A stretch of DNA of 53,027 nt, from NCBI RefSeq assembly GCF_001194135.2, contig NC_068982.1, forward strand, positions 128,079,340-128,132,366, read 5' to 3'. The notes beneath the pieces are model-generated. The model saw only the letters and a program-made list of their open reading frames with translations. It was not told where the DNA came from and searched no databases. A program made the translations under genes and the position numbers. How positions within the stretch are numbered: the first letter of the stretch is position 1; the number at the start of each line of letters is the position of its first letter. The stretch is from Octopus bimaculoides (taxonomy: Eukaryota). Below are positions 51,056 to 53,027 of the stretch, piece after piece.

Positions 51056-51131
51056 TTGTCCGGCATTCGTCATGATAGATCGCTAGCTACTACACATTCT
51101 TTATTTTCTCTCCTTGTTTCTTTCTGTGTTC

Positions 51132-51167
51132 CTTTCTGTAGAAGAGCGTAGGCTCAAAACGTTAACG
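51132..51167 (+). ncRNA. Degenerate hammerhead-like motif
   Basis: cuuu-CUGUAGA-a-GAGC-guag-GCUC-AAAAC-GUU; perfect 4-bp stem II and ACGU palindromic stem III, but A6U and G12A core changes and a weak stem I. Confidence 0.4.
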
Positions 51168-52672
51168 ACTTTCACTTTCCGAGCATTATACTAATACATC
51201 TGTTTGTTGTCTACACCAACTGTCTTCGTCTTTTGTTTTTTTTTTTGTGAATTCTCCCTCTCTCTCTTTCTTTCTCTCTCTCTCTCTNNNNNNNNNNNNN
51301 NNNNNNNNNNNNNNNNNNNNNNNNNNNNNNNNNNNNNNNNNNNNNNNNNNNNNNNNNNNNNNNNNNNNNNNNNNNNNNNNNNNNNNNNNNNNNNNNNNNN
51401 NNNNNNNNNNNNNNNNNNNNNNNNNNNNNNNNNNNNNNNNNNNNNNNNNNNNNNNNNNNNNNNNNNNNNNNNNNNNNNNNNNNNNNNNNNNNNNNNNNNN
51501 NNNNNNNNNNNNNNNNNNNNNNNNNNNNNNNNNNNNNNNNNNNNNNNNNNNNNNNNNNNNNNNNNNNNNNNNNNNNNNNNNNNNNNNNNNNNNNNNNNNN
51601 NNNNNNNNNNNNNNNNNNNNNNNNNNNNNNNNNNNNNNNNNNNNNNNNNNNNNNNNNNNNNNNNNNNNNNNNNNNNNNNNNNNNNNNNNNNNNNNNNNNN
51701 NNNNNNNNNNNNNNNNNNNNNNNNNNNNNNNNNNNNNNNNNNNNNNNNNNNNNNNNNNNNNNNNNNNNNNNNNNNNNNNNNNNNNNNNNNNNNNNNNNNN
51801 NNNNNNNNNNNNNNNNNNNNNNNNNNNNNNNNNNNNNNNNNNNNNNNNNNNNNNNNNNNNNTAGTCGAGCAAATCGACCCCAGGACTTATTCTTTGTTAG
51901 CCTAGTACTTATTCTATCGGTCTCTATTGCCAAACCGCTTGGTTTTGGGGACATAAACATACCAGCATCAGTTGTCAAGCAATGTTGGGGAGGGGGGGCA
52001 AATACAAACACACACACGCACACATATATATACATATATACACATATATACGACAGGCTTCTTTCAGTTTCTGTCTACCAAATTCACTCACAAGGTTTTG
52101 GTCGGCCCGAGACTATAGTAGAAGACACTTGCTCAAAGTGCCATGCAGTGTGAATGAACCCAGAACCATGTGGTTTGTAAGCAAGCTACTTACCACACAG
52201 CCACTCCTACGCCTATATATATATATATATTACACAAACAAATTCCAACTATGTCTGATTTTCATGTTTTATTTACAATCCTATATAATATAATATAAGA
52301 TAATGAAATGATAGAATATTAAATGTCCATTCTGATTGAACTAGTACTTTCATGCATTAAACTATGCAGTCTTCAGATTCATGTAGCAGTGGTGACAGTT
52401 ATGTTTTACAATTTACAACAGCTGCAAACTGTAAAGCATAACTATCACCACTACTCCATGAACCTGAAGATTGCATAGTTTAATGCATGAATGTACTAAT
52501 TCAATCAGAATGGACATTTAATATTCTATCATTTTATTATATCATATTATCTTCTTATAAGATTGTAAATAAAATGTGAAAATCAAACAAAGTTGGAATT
52601 TCTTTGAGTAATATATTCTTCTATACACAATCATACACACTTGTGGATCTATATATATTTATGTATATATCT

Positions 52673-52825
52673 ATATTTGTTGAAGAGGACAACAAACGCT
52701 AAGTCAAGGCAAACATCTTAAGTCATATACATTACTATTATTAGAAAATATTTCTAATAATAATAATGTATATGACTTGAGATGTTTGTCTTGCCTTAGC
52801 GTTTGTTGTCCTCTTTAACAAATAT
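52673..52825. repeat. Near-perfect palindrome, 75-bp arms, 3-nt loop
   Basis: Arms 52673-52747 and 52751-52825 are reverse complements with 5 mismatches and no indels. Confidence 0.93.
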
Positions 52826-52973
52826 ATATCCGCTATATCGGAAATCTACAATGGTTTCATAACTCCTGTCTCGGCTATGATCTTGGAGCCCTGGTAATCT
52901 GTTACAGCACTTACCCAGCATACCTAGTCATTTAGATCACCTGTGAACTAAACCCCCATATTTTGTGTGTGCA

Positions 52974-53027
<54 letters not shown>

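Noticed and set aside
1-53027. CRISPR array, rRNA, or prokaryotic/phage operon
   Set aside because: No constant repeats with unique spacers, no rRNA-like sequence, no long gap-free ORFs; the window is spliceosomal-intron eukaryotic DNA.

Overview
AT-rich, repeat-dense eukaryotic DNA with seven N-gaps. The repeat landscape (TA/CA/GAT microsatellites, tRNA-derived SINEs, RTE tails ending in (GAT)n) looks like a coleoid cephalopod, probably Octopus; this is inference. The only host gene I can support is the middle of an intron-rich, + strand RBR E3 ubiquitin ligase that I recognise as ANKIB1. Six phase-compatible GT-AG exons (2070-2126, 9382-9499, 15579-15742, 21185-21273, 23214-23358, 30551-30726) join into about 250 aa covering the pre-RING region, RING1 and most of the IBR. 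The next expected exon is not visible in the remaining 22 kb. The introns hold decayed mobile elements: RTE LINE pieces, an RLE-type LINE, two mariners, hAT/piggyBac/Tc1 MITEs, a Helentron-associated (HINE-like) element and three SINE families. Almost all ORFs in the supplied track are microsatellite, gap or antisense-repeat artefacts. Best leads: (i) minimal type-I hammerhead-ribozyme remnants of the Penelope type, one inside an 11-bp-TSD insertion; (ii) an 18-nt in-frame microexon candidate that would land inside the IBR zinc site; (iii) many dsRNA-forming structures around the exons, including two long near-perfect palindromes, a MITE hairpin 38 nt from the RING1 exon and inverted LINE tails bracketing one exon. 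Repeat boundaries are approximate unless TIR/TSD sequences are quoted.
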